NCBI RefSeq assembly: GCF_009914755.1
Contig: NC_060928.1
From: the human T2T-CHM13v2.0 reference genome, Homo sapiens
Length of the DNA: 64,000 nucleotides
Direction: 5' to 3' (one strand)
Shown here piece by piece: positions 28,201-40,534 of this stretch. The notes below the pieces were generated by a model. It saw nothing but the letters and a program-made list of their open reading frames with translations, was not told the DNA's origin and made no database searches. The stretch's first letter is position 1, and each line of letters opens with the position of its first letter. A program made the translations under genes and the position numbers.

Positions 28201-28465
28201 ACATTCCTTGAGTAGAATCTGCAAGTTGATATTTAGATAGATTTGAAGATTTCGTTGGAAAAGGGAATATCTCCATATAAAATCTAGAGGGAAGCATTCT
28301 CAGAAACTGCTTTGTGATGTTTCCATTCAAGTCACAGAGTTGAATATTCCCTTTTATAGAGCACGTTTGAAACACTCTTTCTGCACTATCTGGAAGTGGA
28401 CATTTCGAGCGCTTTGAGGCCTATGGTGAAAAAGGAAATATCTTCCCATAAAAACTAGACAGAAG
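25234..28465 (+). repeat. 19-mer HOR copy
   Basis: Marker spacing 25260 to 28492 = 3,232. Confidence 0.95.
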
Positions 28466-29822
28466 CATTCTCAGAAACTTGTTTGTGATGTGTGTATTCA
28501 ACTAACAGAGTTGAACTTTTGTTTTTACAGAGCCGTTTTAAAACACTCTTTTTGTGGAATCAGAAAGTGGATATTCGGATGGCTCTGAGGATTTCGTTGG
28601 AAGCGGGATTACATATAAAATCTAGAGAGAAGCATTCTCAGGAACTTCTTTGTGATGTTTGCATTGAAGTCACAGAATTGAACATTCACTTTGATAGAGC
28701 AGGTTTGAAACACTCATTCTGTAGTATCTGGAACTGGACATTTCAAGCGCTTTCAGGCCTATGGTGAGAAAGGAAATATCTTCGAATAAAAACTAGACAG
28801 AAGCATCCTCAGAAACTTATTTGTGATGTGTGTCCTCAACTAACAGAGTTGAAACTTTGTTTTGATACAGCATTTTGGAAACACTCTTTTTGTAGAATCT
28901 GCAGGTGGATATTTGGATAGCTTAGAGGGATTCGTTGGAAAGGGGATATCTTCATATAAAATCTAGACAGAAGCATTCTCAGAAACTTATTTGTGATGTG
29001 TGTCCTCAACTAACAGAGTTGAACCTTGGTTTTGATACAGCATTTTGGAAACACTCCTTTTGTAGAATCTGCAGGTGGATATGTGGATAGCTCTGAAGAT
29101 TTCGTTGGAAACGGGAATTTCTTCATATAAAATCAAACAGAAGCATTCTCAGAAACTTCTCAGTGATGTTTGCATTCAGCTCATGGAGTTGAACACTTCC
29201 TTTCATAGAGCCGGTTTGAAACACTCTTTCTGCACTACCTGGAAGAGGACATTTCGAGCGCTTTGAGTCCTATGGTGAAAAAGGAAATATCTTCTCATAA
29301 AAACCAGAAAGAAGCATTCTCAGAAACTACTTTGTGTTGTGTGTACTCATGTAACAGTGTTGAACCATCCTTTTGACAGAGCAGTTTTGAAACACTCTTT
29401 TTGTAGAATCTGCAAGTGGATATTTGGATAGCTTTGAGGATTTCGTTGGAAACGGGATATCTTCATATAAAATCTAGACAGAAGCATTCTCAGAAACTTC
29501 TTTGTGCTGTATGCCCTCAATTAACAGAGTTGAACCATTGGATACAGCATTTTGGAAACATTCCTTGAGTAGAATCTGCAAGTGGATATTTAGATAGATT
29601 TGAAGATTTCGTTGGAAAAGGGAATATCTCCATATAAAATCTAGAGGGAAGCATTCTCAGAAACTGCTTTGTGATGTTTCCATTCAAGTCACAGAGTTGA
29701 ATATTCCCTTTTATAGAGCACGTTTGAAACACTCTTTCTGCACTATCTGGAAGTGGACATTTCGAGCGCTTTGAGGCCTATGGTGAAAAAGGAAATATCT
29801 TCCCATAAAAACTAGACAGAAG
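28466..29822 (+). repeat. 8-mer HOR variant (m1-m5, m6/17 hybrid, m18 with 4-bp deletion, m19; 1,357 bp)
   Basis: Marker spacing 28492 to 29849 = 1,357 = 3,232 - 1,871 - 4. Confidence 0.95.
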
Positions 29823-31009
29823 CATTCTCAGAAACTTGTTTGTGATGTGTGTATTCAACTAACAGAGTTGAACTTTTGTTTTTACAGAGCCGTTTTAAAA
29901 CACTCTTTTTGTGGAATCAGAAAGTGGATATTCGGATGGCTCTGAGGATTTCGTTGGAAGCGGGATTACATATAAAATCTAGAGAGAAGCATTCTCAGGA
30001 ACTTCTTTGTGATGTTTGCATTGAAGTCACAGAATTGAACATTCACTTTGATAGAGCAGGTTTGAAACACTCATTCTGTAGTATCTGGAAGTGGACATTT
30101 CAAGCGCTTTCAGGCCTATGGTGAGAAAGGAAATATCTTCGAATAAAAACTAGACAGAAGCATCCTCAGAAACTTATTTGTGATGTGTGTCCTCAACTAA
30201 CAGAGTTGAAACTTTGTTTTGATACAGCATTTTGGAAACACTCTTTTTGTAGAATCTGCAGGTGGATATTTGGATAGCTTAGAGGGATTCGTTGGAAAGG
30301 GGATATCTTCATATAAAATCTAGACAGAAGCATTCTCAGAAACTTATTTGTGATGTGTGTCCTCAACTAACAGAGTTGAACCTTGGTTTTGATACAGCAT
30401 TTTGGAAACACTCCTTTTGTAGAATCTGCAGGTGGATATGTGGATAGCTCTGAAGATTTCGTTGGAAACGGGAATTTCTTCATATAAAATCAAACAGAAG
30501 CATTCTCAGAAACTTCTCAGTGATGTTTGCATTCAGCTCATGGAGTTGAACACTTCCTTTCATAGAGCCGGTTTGAAACACTCTTTCTGCACTACCTGGA
30601 AGAGGCCATTTCGAGCGCTTTGAGTCCTATGGTGAAAAAGGAAATATCTTCTCATAAAAACCAGAAAGAAGCATTCTCAGAAACTTCTTTGTGTTGTGTG
30701 TACTCATGTAACAGTGTTGAACCATCCTTTTGACAGAGCAGTTTTGAAACACTCTTTTTGTAGAATCTGCAAGTGGATATTTGGATAGCTTTGAGGATTT
30801 CGTTGGAAACGGGATGACATATAATATCTAGAGAGAAGCATTCTCAGGAACTTCTTTGTGCTGTTTGCATTCAAGTCACAGAATTGAACATTCCCTTTCA
30901 TAGAGCAGATTTGAAACACTCTTTCTCTAGTATCTGGAAGTGGGCATTTCAAGCGCTTTCAGGCCTATTGAGAGAAAGGAAATACCTTCAAATAAAAACT
31001 AGACAGAAG
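29823..31009 (+). repeat. 7-mer HOR variant (m1-m7, 1,187 bp)
   Basis: Marker spacing 29849 to 31036 = 1,187. Confidence 0.95.
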
Positions 31010-34000
31010 CATTCTCAGAAACTTGTTTGTGATGTGTGTATTCAACTAACAGAGTTGAACTTTTGTTTTTACAGAGCCGTTTTAGAACACTCTTTTTGTG
31101 GAATCAGAAAGTGGATATTCGGATGGCTCTGAGGATTTCGTTGGAAGCGGGATTACATATAAAATCTAGAGAGAAGCATTCTCAGGAACTTCTTTGTGAT
31201 GTTTGCATTGAAGTCACAGAATTGAACATTCACTTTGATAGAGCAGGTTTGAAACACTCATTCTGTAGTATCTGGAAGTGGACATTTCAAGCGCTTTCAG
31301 GCCTATGGTGAGAAAGGAAATATCTTCGAATAAAAACTAGACAGAAGCATCCTCAGAAACTTATTTGTGATGTGTGTCCTCAACTAACAGAGTTGAAACT
31401 TTGTTTTGATACAGCATTTTGGAAACACTCTTTTTGTAGAATCTGCAGGTGGATATTTGGATAGCTTAGAGGGATTCGTTGGAAAGGGGATATCTTCATA
31501 TAAAATCTAGACAGAAGCATTCTCAGAAACTTATTTGTGATGTGTGTCCTCAACTAACAGAGTTGAACCTTGGTTTTGATACAGCATTTTGGAAACACTC
31601 CTTTTGTAGAATCTGCAGGTGGATATGTGGATAGCTCTGAAGATTTCGTTGGAAACGGGAATTTCTTCATATAAAATCAAACAGAAGCATTCTCAGAAAC
31701 TTCTCAGTGATGTTTGCATTCAGCTCATGGAGTTGAACACTTCCTTTCATAGAGCCGGTTTGAAACACTCTTTCTGCACTACCTGGAAGAGGACATTTCG
31801 AGTGCTTTGAGTCCTATGGTGAAAAAGGAAATATCTTCTCATAAAAACCAGAAAGAAGCATTCTCAGAAACTTCTTTGTGTTGTGTGTACTCATGTAACA
31901 GTGTTGAACCATCCTTTTGACAGAGCAGTTTTGAAACACTCTTTTTGTAGAATCTGCAAGTGGATATTTGGATAGCTTTGAGGATTTCGTTGGAAACGGG
32001 ATGACATATAATATCTAGAGAGAAGCATACTCAGGAACTTCTTTGTGATGTTTGCATTCAAGTCACAGAATTGAACATTCCCTTTCATAGAGCAGGTTTG
32101 AAACACTCTTTCTCTAGTATCTGGAAGTGGGCATTTCAAGCGCTTTCAGGCCTATGGAGAGAAAGGAAATACCTTCAAATAAAAACTAGACAGAAGCATT
32201 CTCAGAAACTTATTTGTGATGTGTGTCCTCAACTAACAGAGTTGAACCTTTGTTTTGATACAGCATTTTGGAAACACTCCTTTTGTAGAATCTGCAGGTG
32301 GATATTTGGATAACTTTGAAGATTTCGTTGGAAACCGGAATATCTTCATATAAAATCAAGACAGAAGCATTCTCGGAAACATCTCTGTGATGTTTGCATT
32401 CAACTCAGTAGAGTTGAACACTTCCTTTCATAGAGCAGGTTTGAAACACTCTTTCTGCACTACCTGGAAGCGGACATTTCGAGCGCTTTGAGGCCTATGG
32501 TGAAAAAGGAAATATCTTCTCATAAAAACCAGAAAGAAGCATTCTCAGAAACTTCTTTGTGTTGTGTGTACTCAAGTAACAGTGTTGAACCTTCCTTTTG
32601 ACACAGCAGTTTTGAAACACTCTTTTGGTAGAATCTGCAAGTGGATATTTGGATAGCTTTGAGGATTTCGTTGGAAACGGGTTATCTTCATATAAAATCC
32701 AGACAGGAGCATTCTCAGAAACTTCTTTGTGCTGCATGTCCTCAATTCACAGAGCTGAACCTTTGTTTGGATACAGCATTTTGGAAACATTCCTTTAGTA
32801 GAATCTGCAAGTTGATATTTAGATAGCTTTGAAGATTTCGTTGGAAACGGGAATATCTTCATAGAAAATCTAGACGGAAGCATTCTCAGAAACTGCTTTG
32901 TGATGTTTGCATTCAAGTCACAGAGTTGAATATTCCCTTTTATAGAGTAGGTTTGAAACACTCTTTCGGCACTACCTGGAAGTGGATATTTCGAGCTCTT
33001 TGAGGCCTATGGTTAAAAGGAAATATCTTCCCATAAAAACTAGACAGAAGCCGTCTCAGAAACTTGTTTGTGATGTGTGTATTCAACTAACAGAGTTGAA
33101 CATTTCTGTTACAGAGCAATTTTAAAACACTCTTTTTGTGGAATCTGAAAGTGGATAATTGGATAGCTTTGTGGATTTCGTTGGAAACGGGATGACGTAT
33201 AAAATCTAGAGAGAAGCATTCTCAGGAACTTCTTTCTGATGTTTGCATTCAAGTCACAGAATTGAACATTCCTTTTCATAGTGCAGGTTTGAAACACTCT
33301 TTCTGTAGTATCTGGAAGTGGACATTTCAAGCGCTTTCAGGCCTACGGGGAGAAAGGAAATATCTTCAAATAAAAACTAGACAGAAGGATTCTCAGTAAC
33401 TTATTTGTGATGTGTGTCCTAAACGAACACAGTTGAACCTTTGTTTTGATACAGCATTTTGGAAACACTCATTTGTAGGATCTGCAGGTGGATAATTGGA
33501 TAGATTTTAAGATTTCATTGGAAACGGGAGTTTCTTCATAGAAACTCAAGACAGATGCATTCTCAGAAACATCTCTGTGATGTTTGCATTCCACTCATAG
33601 ATTTGAAAACTTCCTTTCATAGAGCAGGTTTGAAACACTCTTTTTGTAACATTTGGAAGTGGACATTTGCAGCGCTTTGAGGCCTATGGTGAAAAAGGAA
33701 ATATCTTCTCATAAAAACCAGAAACAAGCATTCTCAGAAACTTCTTTTTGATGTGTGTACTCAAGTAACAGAGTTGAACCTTCCTTTTGACACAGCAGTT
33801 TTGAAACAATCTTTTTGTAGAATCTGCAAGTGGATATTTGGATAGCTTTGAGGATTTCGTTGGAAACGGGATATCTTCATATAAAATCTAGACAGAAGCA
33901 TTCTCAGAAACTTCTTTGTGCTGTATGTCCTCAATTAACAGAGTTGAACCATTGCTTGGATACAGCATTTTGGAAACATTCCTTGAGTAGAATCTGCAAG

Positions 34001-37000
34001 TTGATATTTAGATAGATTTGAAGATTTCGTTGGAAAAGGGAATATCTCCATATAAAATCTAGAGGGAAGCATTCTCAGAAACTGCTTTGTGATGTTTCCA
34101 TTCAAGTCACAGAGTTGAATATTCCCTTTTATAGAGCACGTTTGAAACACTCTTTCTGCACTATCTGGAAGTGGACATTTCGAGCGCTTTGAGGCCTATG
34201 GTGAAAAAGGAAATATCTTCCCATAAAAACTAGACAGAAGCATTCTCAGAAACTTGTTTGTGATGTGTGTATTCAACTAACAGAGTTGAACTTTTGTTTT
34301 TACAGAGCCGTTTTAAAACACTCTTTTTGTGGAATCAGAAAGTGGATATTCGGATGGCTCTGAGGATTTCGTTGGAAGCGGGATTACATATAAAATCTAG
34401 AGAGAAGCATTCTCAGGAACTTCTTTGTGATGTTTGCATTGAAGTCACAGAATTGAACATTCACTTTGATAGAGCAGGTTTGAAACACTCATTCTGTAGT
34501 ATCTGGAAGTGGACATTTCAAGCGCTTTCAGGCCTATGGTGAGAAAGGAAATATCTTCGAATAAAAACTAGACAGAAGCATCCTCAGAAACTTATTTGTG
34601 ATGTGTGTCCTCAACTAACAGAGTTGAAACTTTGTTTTGATACAGCATTTTGGAAACACTTTTTTTGTAGAATCTGCAGGTGGATATTTGGATAGCTTAG
34701 AGGGATTCGTTGGAAAGGGGATATCTTCATATAAAATCTAGACAGAAGCATTCTCAGAAACTTATTTGTGATGTGTGTCCTCAACTAACAGAGTTGAACC
34801 TTGGTTTTGATACAGCATTTTGGAAACGCTCCTTTTGTAGAATCTGCAGGTGGATATGTGGATAGCTCTGAAGATTTCGTTGGAAACGGGAATTTCTTCA
34901 TATAAAATCAAACAGAAGCATTCTCAGAAACTTCTCAGTGATGTTTGCATTCAGCTCATGGAGTTGAACACTTCCTTTCATAGAGCCGGTTTGAAACACT
35001 CTTTCTGCACTACCTGGAAGAGGACATTTCGAGCGCTTTGAGTCCTATGGTGAAAAAGGAAATATCTTCTCATAAAAACCAGAAAGAAGCATTCTCAGAA
35101 ACTTCTTTGTGTTGTGTGTACTCATGTAACAGTGTTGAACCATCCTTTTGACAGAGCAGTTTTGAAACACTCTTTTTGTAGAATCTGCAAGTGGATATTT
35201 GGATAGCTTTGAGGATTTCGTTGGAAACGGGATGACATATAATATCTAGAGAGAAGCATTCTCAGGAACTTCTTTGTGATGTTTGCATTCAAGTCACAGA
35301 ATTGAACATTCCCTTTCATAGAGCAGGTTTGAAACACTCTTTCTCTAGTATCTGGAAGTGGGCATTTCAAGCGCTTTCAGGCCTATGGAGAGAAAGGAAA
35401 TACCTTCAAATAAAAACTAGACAGAAGCATTCTCAGAAACTTATTTGTGATGTGTGTCCTCAACTAACAGAGTTGAACCTTTGTTTTGATACAGCATTTT
35501 GGAAACACTCCTTTTGTAGAATCTGCAGGTGGATATTTGGATAACTTTGAAGATTTCGTTGGAAACCGGAATATCTTCATATAAAATCAAGACAGAAGCA
35601 TTCTCGGAAACATCTCTGTGATGTTTGCATTCAACTCAGTAGAGTTGAACACTTCCTTTCATAGAGCAGGTTTGAAACACTCTTTCTGCACTACCTGGAA
35701 GCGGACATTTCGAGCGCTTTGAGGCCTATGGTGAAAAAGGAAATATCTTCTCATAAAAACCAGAAAGAAGCATTCTCAGAAACTTCTTTGTGTTGTGTGT
35801 ACTCAAGTAACAGTGTTGAACCTTCCTTTTGACACAGCAGTTTTGAAACACTCTTTTGGTAGAATCTGCAAGTGGATATTTGGATAGCTTTGAGGATTTC
35901 GTTGGAAACGGGTTATCTTCATATAAAATCCAGACAGGAGCATTCTCAGAAACTTCTTTGTGCTGCATGTCCTCAATTCACAGAGCTGAACCTTTGTTTG
36001 GATACAGCATTTTGGAAACATTCCTTTAGTAGAATCTGCAAGTTGATATTTAGATAGCTTTGAAGATTTCGTTGGAAACGGGAATATCTTCATAGAAAAT
36101 CTAGACGGAAGCATTCTCAGAAACTGCTTTGTGATGTTTGCATTCAAGTCACAGAGTTGAATATTCCCTTTTATAGAGTAGGTTTGAAACACTCTTTCGG
36201 CACTACCTGGAAGTGGATATTTCGAGCTCTTTGAGGCCTATGGTTAAAAGGAAATATCTTCCCATAAAAACTAGACAGAAGCCGTCTCAGAAACTTGTTT
36301 GTGATGTGTGTATTCAACTAACAGAGTTGAACATTTCTGTTACAGAGCAATTTTAAAACACTCTTTTTGTGGAATCTGAAAGTGGATAATTGGATAGCTT
36401 CGTGGATTTCGTTGGAAACGGGATGACGTATAAAATCTAGAGAGAAGCATTCTCAGGAACTTCTTTGTGATGTTTGCATTCAAGTCACAGAATTGAACAT
36501 TCCTTTTCATAGTGCAGGTTTGAAACACTCTTTCTGTAGTATCTGGAAGTGGACATTTCAAGCGCTTTCAGGCCTACGGGGAGAAAGGAAATATCTTCAA
36601 ATAAAAACTAGACAGAAGGATTCTCAGAAACTTATTTGTGATGTGTGTCCTAAACGAACACAGTTGAACCTTTGTTTAGATACAGCATTTTGGAAACACT
36701 CCTTTTGTAGGATCTGCAGGTGGATATTTGGATAGATTTTAAGATTTCGTTGGAAACGGGAGTTTCTTCATAGAAACTCAAGACAGATGCATTCTCAGAA
36801 ACATCTCTGTGATGTTTGCATTCCACTCATAGAGTTGAAAACTTCCTTTCATAGAGCAGGTTTGAAACACTCTTTTTGTAATATTTGGAAGTGGACATTT
36901 GCAGCGCTTTGAGGCCTATGGTGAAAAAGGAAATATCTTTTCATAAAAACCAGAAACAAGCATTCTCAGAAACTTCTTTTTGATGTGTGTACTCAAGTAA

Positions 37001-37472
37001 CAGAGTTGAACCTTCCTTTTGACACAGCAGTTTTGAAACAATCTTTTTGTAGAATCTGCAAGTGGATATTTGGATAGCTTTGAGGATTTCGTTGGAAACG
37101 GGATATCTTCATATAAAATCTAGACAGAAGCATTCTCAGAAACTTCTTTGTGCTGTATGTCCTCAATTAACAGAGTTGAACCATTGCTTGGATACAGCAT
37201 TTTGGAAACATTCCTTGAGTAGAATCTGCAAGTTGATATTTAGATAGATTTGAAGATTTCGTTGGAAAAGGGAATATCTCCATATAAAATCTAGACGGAA
37301 GCATTCTCAGAAACTGCTTTGTGATGTTTCCATTCAAGTCACAGAGTTGAATATTCCCTTTTATAGAGCACGTTTGAAACACTCTTTCTGCACTATCTGG
37401 AAGTGGACATTTCGAGCGCTTTGAGGCCTATGGTGAAAAAGGAAATATCTTCCCATAAAAATTAGACAGAAG
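31010..37472 (+). repeat. Two 19-mers (3,231 and 3,232 bp)
   Basis: Markers 31036, 34267, 37499; 1-bp loss near 33471. Confidence 0.95.
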
Positions 37473-40400
37473 CATTCTCAGAAACTTGTTTGTGATGTGT
37501 GTATTCAACTAACAGAGTTGAACTTTTGTTTTTACAGAGCCGTTTTAAAACACTCTTTTTGTGGAATCAGAAAGTGGATATTCGGATGGCTCTGAGGATT
37601 TCGTTGGAAGCGGGATTACATATAAAATCTAGAGAGAAGCATTCTCAGGAACTTCTTTGTGATGTTTGTATTGAAGTCACAGAATTGAACATTCACTTTG
37701 ATAGAGCAGGTTTGAAACACTCATTCTGTAGTATCTGGAAGTGGACATTTCAAGCGCTTTCAGGCCTATGGTGAAAAAGGAAATATCTTCGAATAAAAAC
37801 TAGACAGAAGCATCCTCAGAAACTTATTTGTGATGTGTGTCCTCAACTAACAGAGTTGAAACTTTGTTTTGATACAGCATTTTGGAAACACTCCTTTTGT
37901 AGAATCTGCAGGTGGATATGTGGATAGCTCTGAAGATTTCGTTGGAAACGGGAATTTCTTCATATAAAATCAAACAGAAGCATTCTCAGAAACTTCTCAG
38001 TGATGTTTGCATTCAGCTCATGGAGTTGAACACTTCCTTTCATAGAGCCGGTTTGAAACACTCTTTCTGCACTACCTGGAAGAGGCCATTTCGAGCGCTT
38101 TGAGTCCTATGGTGAAAAAGGAAATATCTTCTCATAAAAACCAGAAAGAAGCATTCTCAGAAACTTCTTTGTGTTGTGTGTACTCATGTAACAGTGTTGA
38201 ACCATCCTTTTGACAGAGCAGTTTTGAAACACTCTTTTTGTAGAATCTGCAAGTGGATATTTGGATAGCTTTGAGGATTTCGTTGGAAACGGGATGACAT
38301 ATAATATCTAGAGAGAAGCATTCTCAGGAACTTCTTTGTGCTGTTTGCATTCAAGTCACAGAATTGAACATTCCCTTTCATAGAGCAGATTTGAAACACT
38401 CTTTCTCTAGTATCTGGAAGTGGGCATTTCAAGCGCTTTCAGGCCTATTGAGAGAAAGGAAATACCTTCAAATAAAAACTAGACAGAAGCATTCTCAGAA
38501 ACTTATTTGTGATGTGTGTCCTCAACTAACAGAGTTGAACCTTTGTTTTGATACAGCATTTTGGAAACACTCCTTTTGTAGAATCTGCAGGTGGATATTT
38601 GGATAACTTTGAAGATTTCGTTGGAAACCGGAATATCTTCATATAAAATCAAGACAGAAGCATTCTCGGAAACATCTCTGTGATGTTTGCATTCAACTCA
38701 GTAGAGTTGAACACTTCCTTTCATAGAGCCGGTTTGAAACACTCTTTCTGCACTACCTGGAAGCGGACATTTCGAGCGCTTTGAGGCCTATGGTGAAAAA
38801 GGAAATATCTTCTCATAAAAACCAGAAAGAAGCATTCTCAGAAACTTCTTTGTGTTGTGTGTACTCAAGTAACAGTGTTGAACCTTCCTGTTGACACAGC
38901 AGTTTTGAAACACTCTTTTGGTAGAATCTGCAAGTGGATATTTGGATAGCTTTGAGGATTTCGTTGGAAACGGGTTATCTTCATATAAAATCCAGACAGG
39001 AGCATTCTCAGAAACTTCTTTGTGCTGCATGTCCTCAATTCACAGAGCTGAACCTTTGTTTGGATACAGCATTTTGGAAACATTCCTTTAGTAGAATCTG
39101 CAAGTTGATATTTAGATAGCTTTGAAGATTTCGTTGGAAACGGGAATATCTTCATAGAAAATCTAGACGGAAGCATTCTCAGAAACTGCTTTGTGATGTT
39201 TGCATTCAAGTCACAGAGTTGAATATTCCCTTTTATAGAGTAGGTTTGAAACACTCTTTCGGCACTACCTGGAAGTGGATATTTCGAGCTCTTTGAGGCC
39301 TATGGTTAAAAGGAAATATCTTCCCATAAAAACTAGACAGAAGCCGTCTCAGAAACTTTTTTGTGATGTGTGTATACAACTACCAGAGTTGAACATTTCT
39401 GTTACAGAGCAATTTTAAAACACTCTTTTTGTGGAATCTGAAAGTGGATAATTGGATAGCTTTGTGGATTTCGTTGGAAACGGGATGACGTATAAAATCT
39501 AGAGAGAAGCATTCTCAGGAACTTCTTTGTGATGTTTGCATTCAAGTCACAGAATTGAACATTCCTTTTCATAGTGCAGGTTTGAAACACTCTTTCTGTA
39601 GTATCTGGAAGTGGACATTTCAAGCGCTTTCAGGCCTACGGGGAGAAAGGAAATATCTTCAAATAAAAACTAGACAGAAGGATTCTCAGAAACTTATTTG
39701 TGATGTGTGTCCTAAACGAACACAGTTGAACCTTTGTTTTGATACAGCATTTTGGAAACACTCCTTTTGTAGGATCTGCAGGTGGATATTTGGATAGATT
39801 TTAAGATTTCGTTGGAAACGGGAGTTTCTTCATAGAAACTCAAGACAGATGCATTCTCAGAAACATCTCTGTGATGTTTGCATTCCACTCATAGAGTTGA
39901 AAACTTCCTTTCATAGAGCAGGTTTGAAACACTCTTTTTGTAATATTTGGAAGTGGACATTTGCAGCGCTTTGAGGCCTATGGTGAAAAAGGAAATATCT
40001 TTTCATAAAAACCAGAAACAAGCATTCTCAGAAACTTCTTTTTGATGTGTGTACTCAAGTAACAGAGTTGAACCTTCCTTTTGACACAGCAGTTTTGAAA
40101 CAATCTTTTTGTAGAATCTGCAAGTGGATATTTGGATAGCTTTGAGGATTTCGTTGGAAACGGGATATCTTCATATAAAATCTAGACAGAAGCATTCTCA
40201 GAAACTTCTTTGTGCTGTATGTCCTCAATTAACAGAGTTGAACCATTGCTTGGATACAGCATTTTGGAAACATTCCTTGAGTAGAATCTGCAAGTTGATA
40301 TTTAGATAGATTTGAAGATTTCGTTGGAAAAGGGAATATCTCCATATAAAATCTAGACGGAAGCATTCTCAGAAACTGCTTTGTGATGTTTCCATTCAAG

Positions 40401-40534
40401 TCACAGAGTTGAATATTCCCTTTTATAGAGCACGTTTGAAACACTCTTTCTGCACTATCTGGAAGTGGACATTTCGAGCGCTTTGAGGCCTATGGTGAAA
40501 AAGGAAATATCTTCCCATAAAAATTAGACAGAAG
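37473..40534 (+). repeat. 18-mer HOR variant (m3/4 hybrid; 3,062 bp)
   Basis: Marker spacing 37499 to 40561 = 3,062 = 3,232 - 170. Confidence 0.95.
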
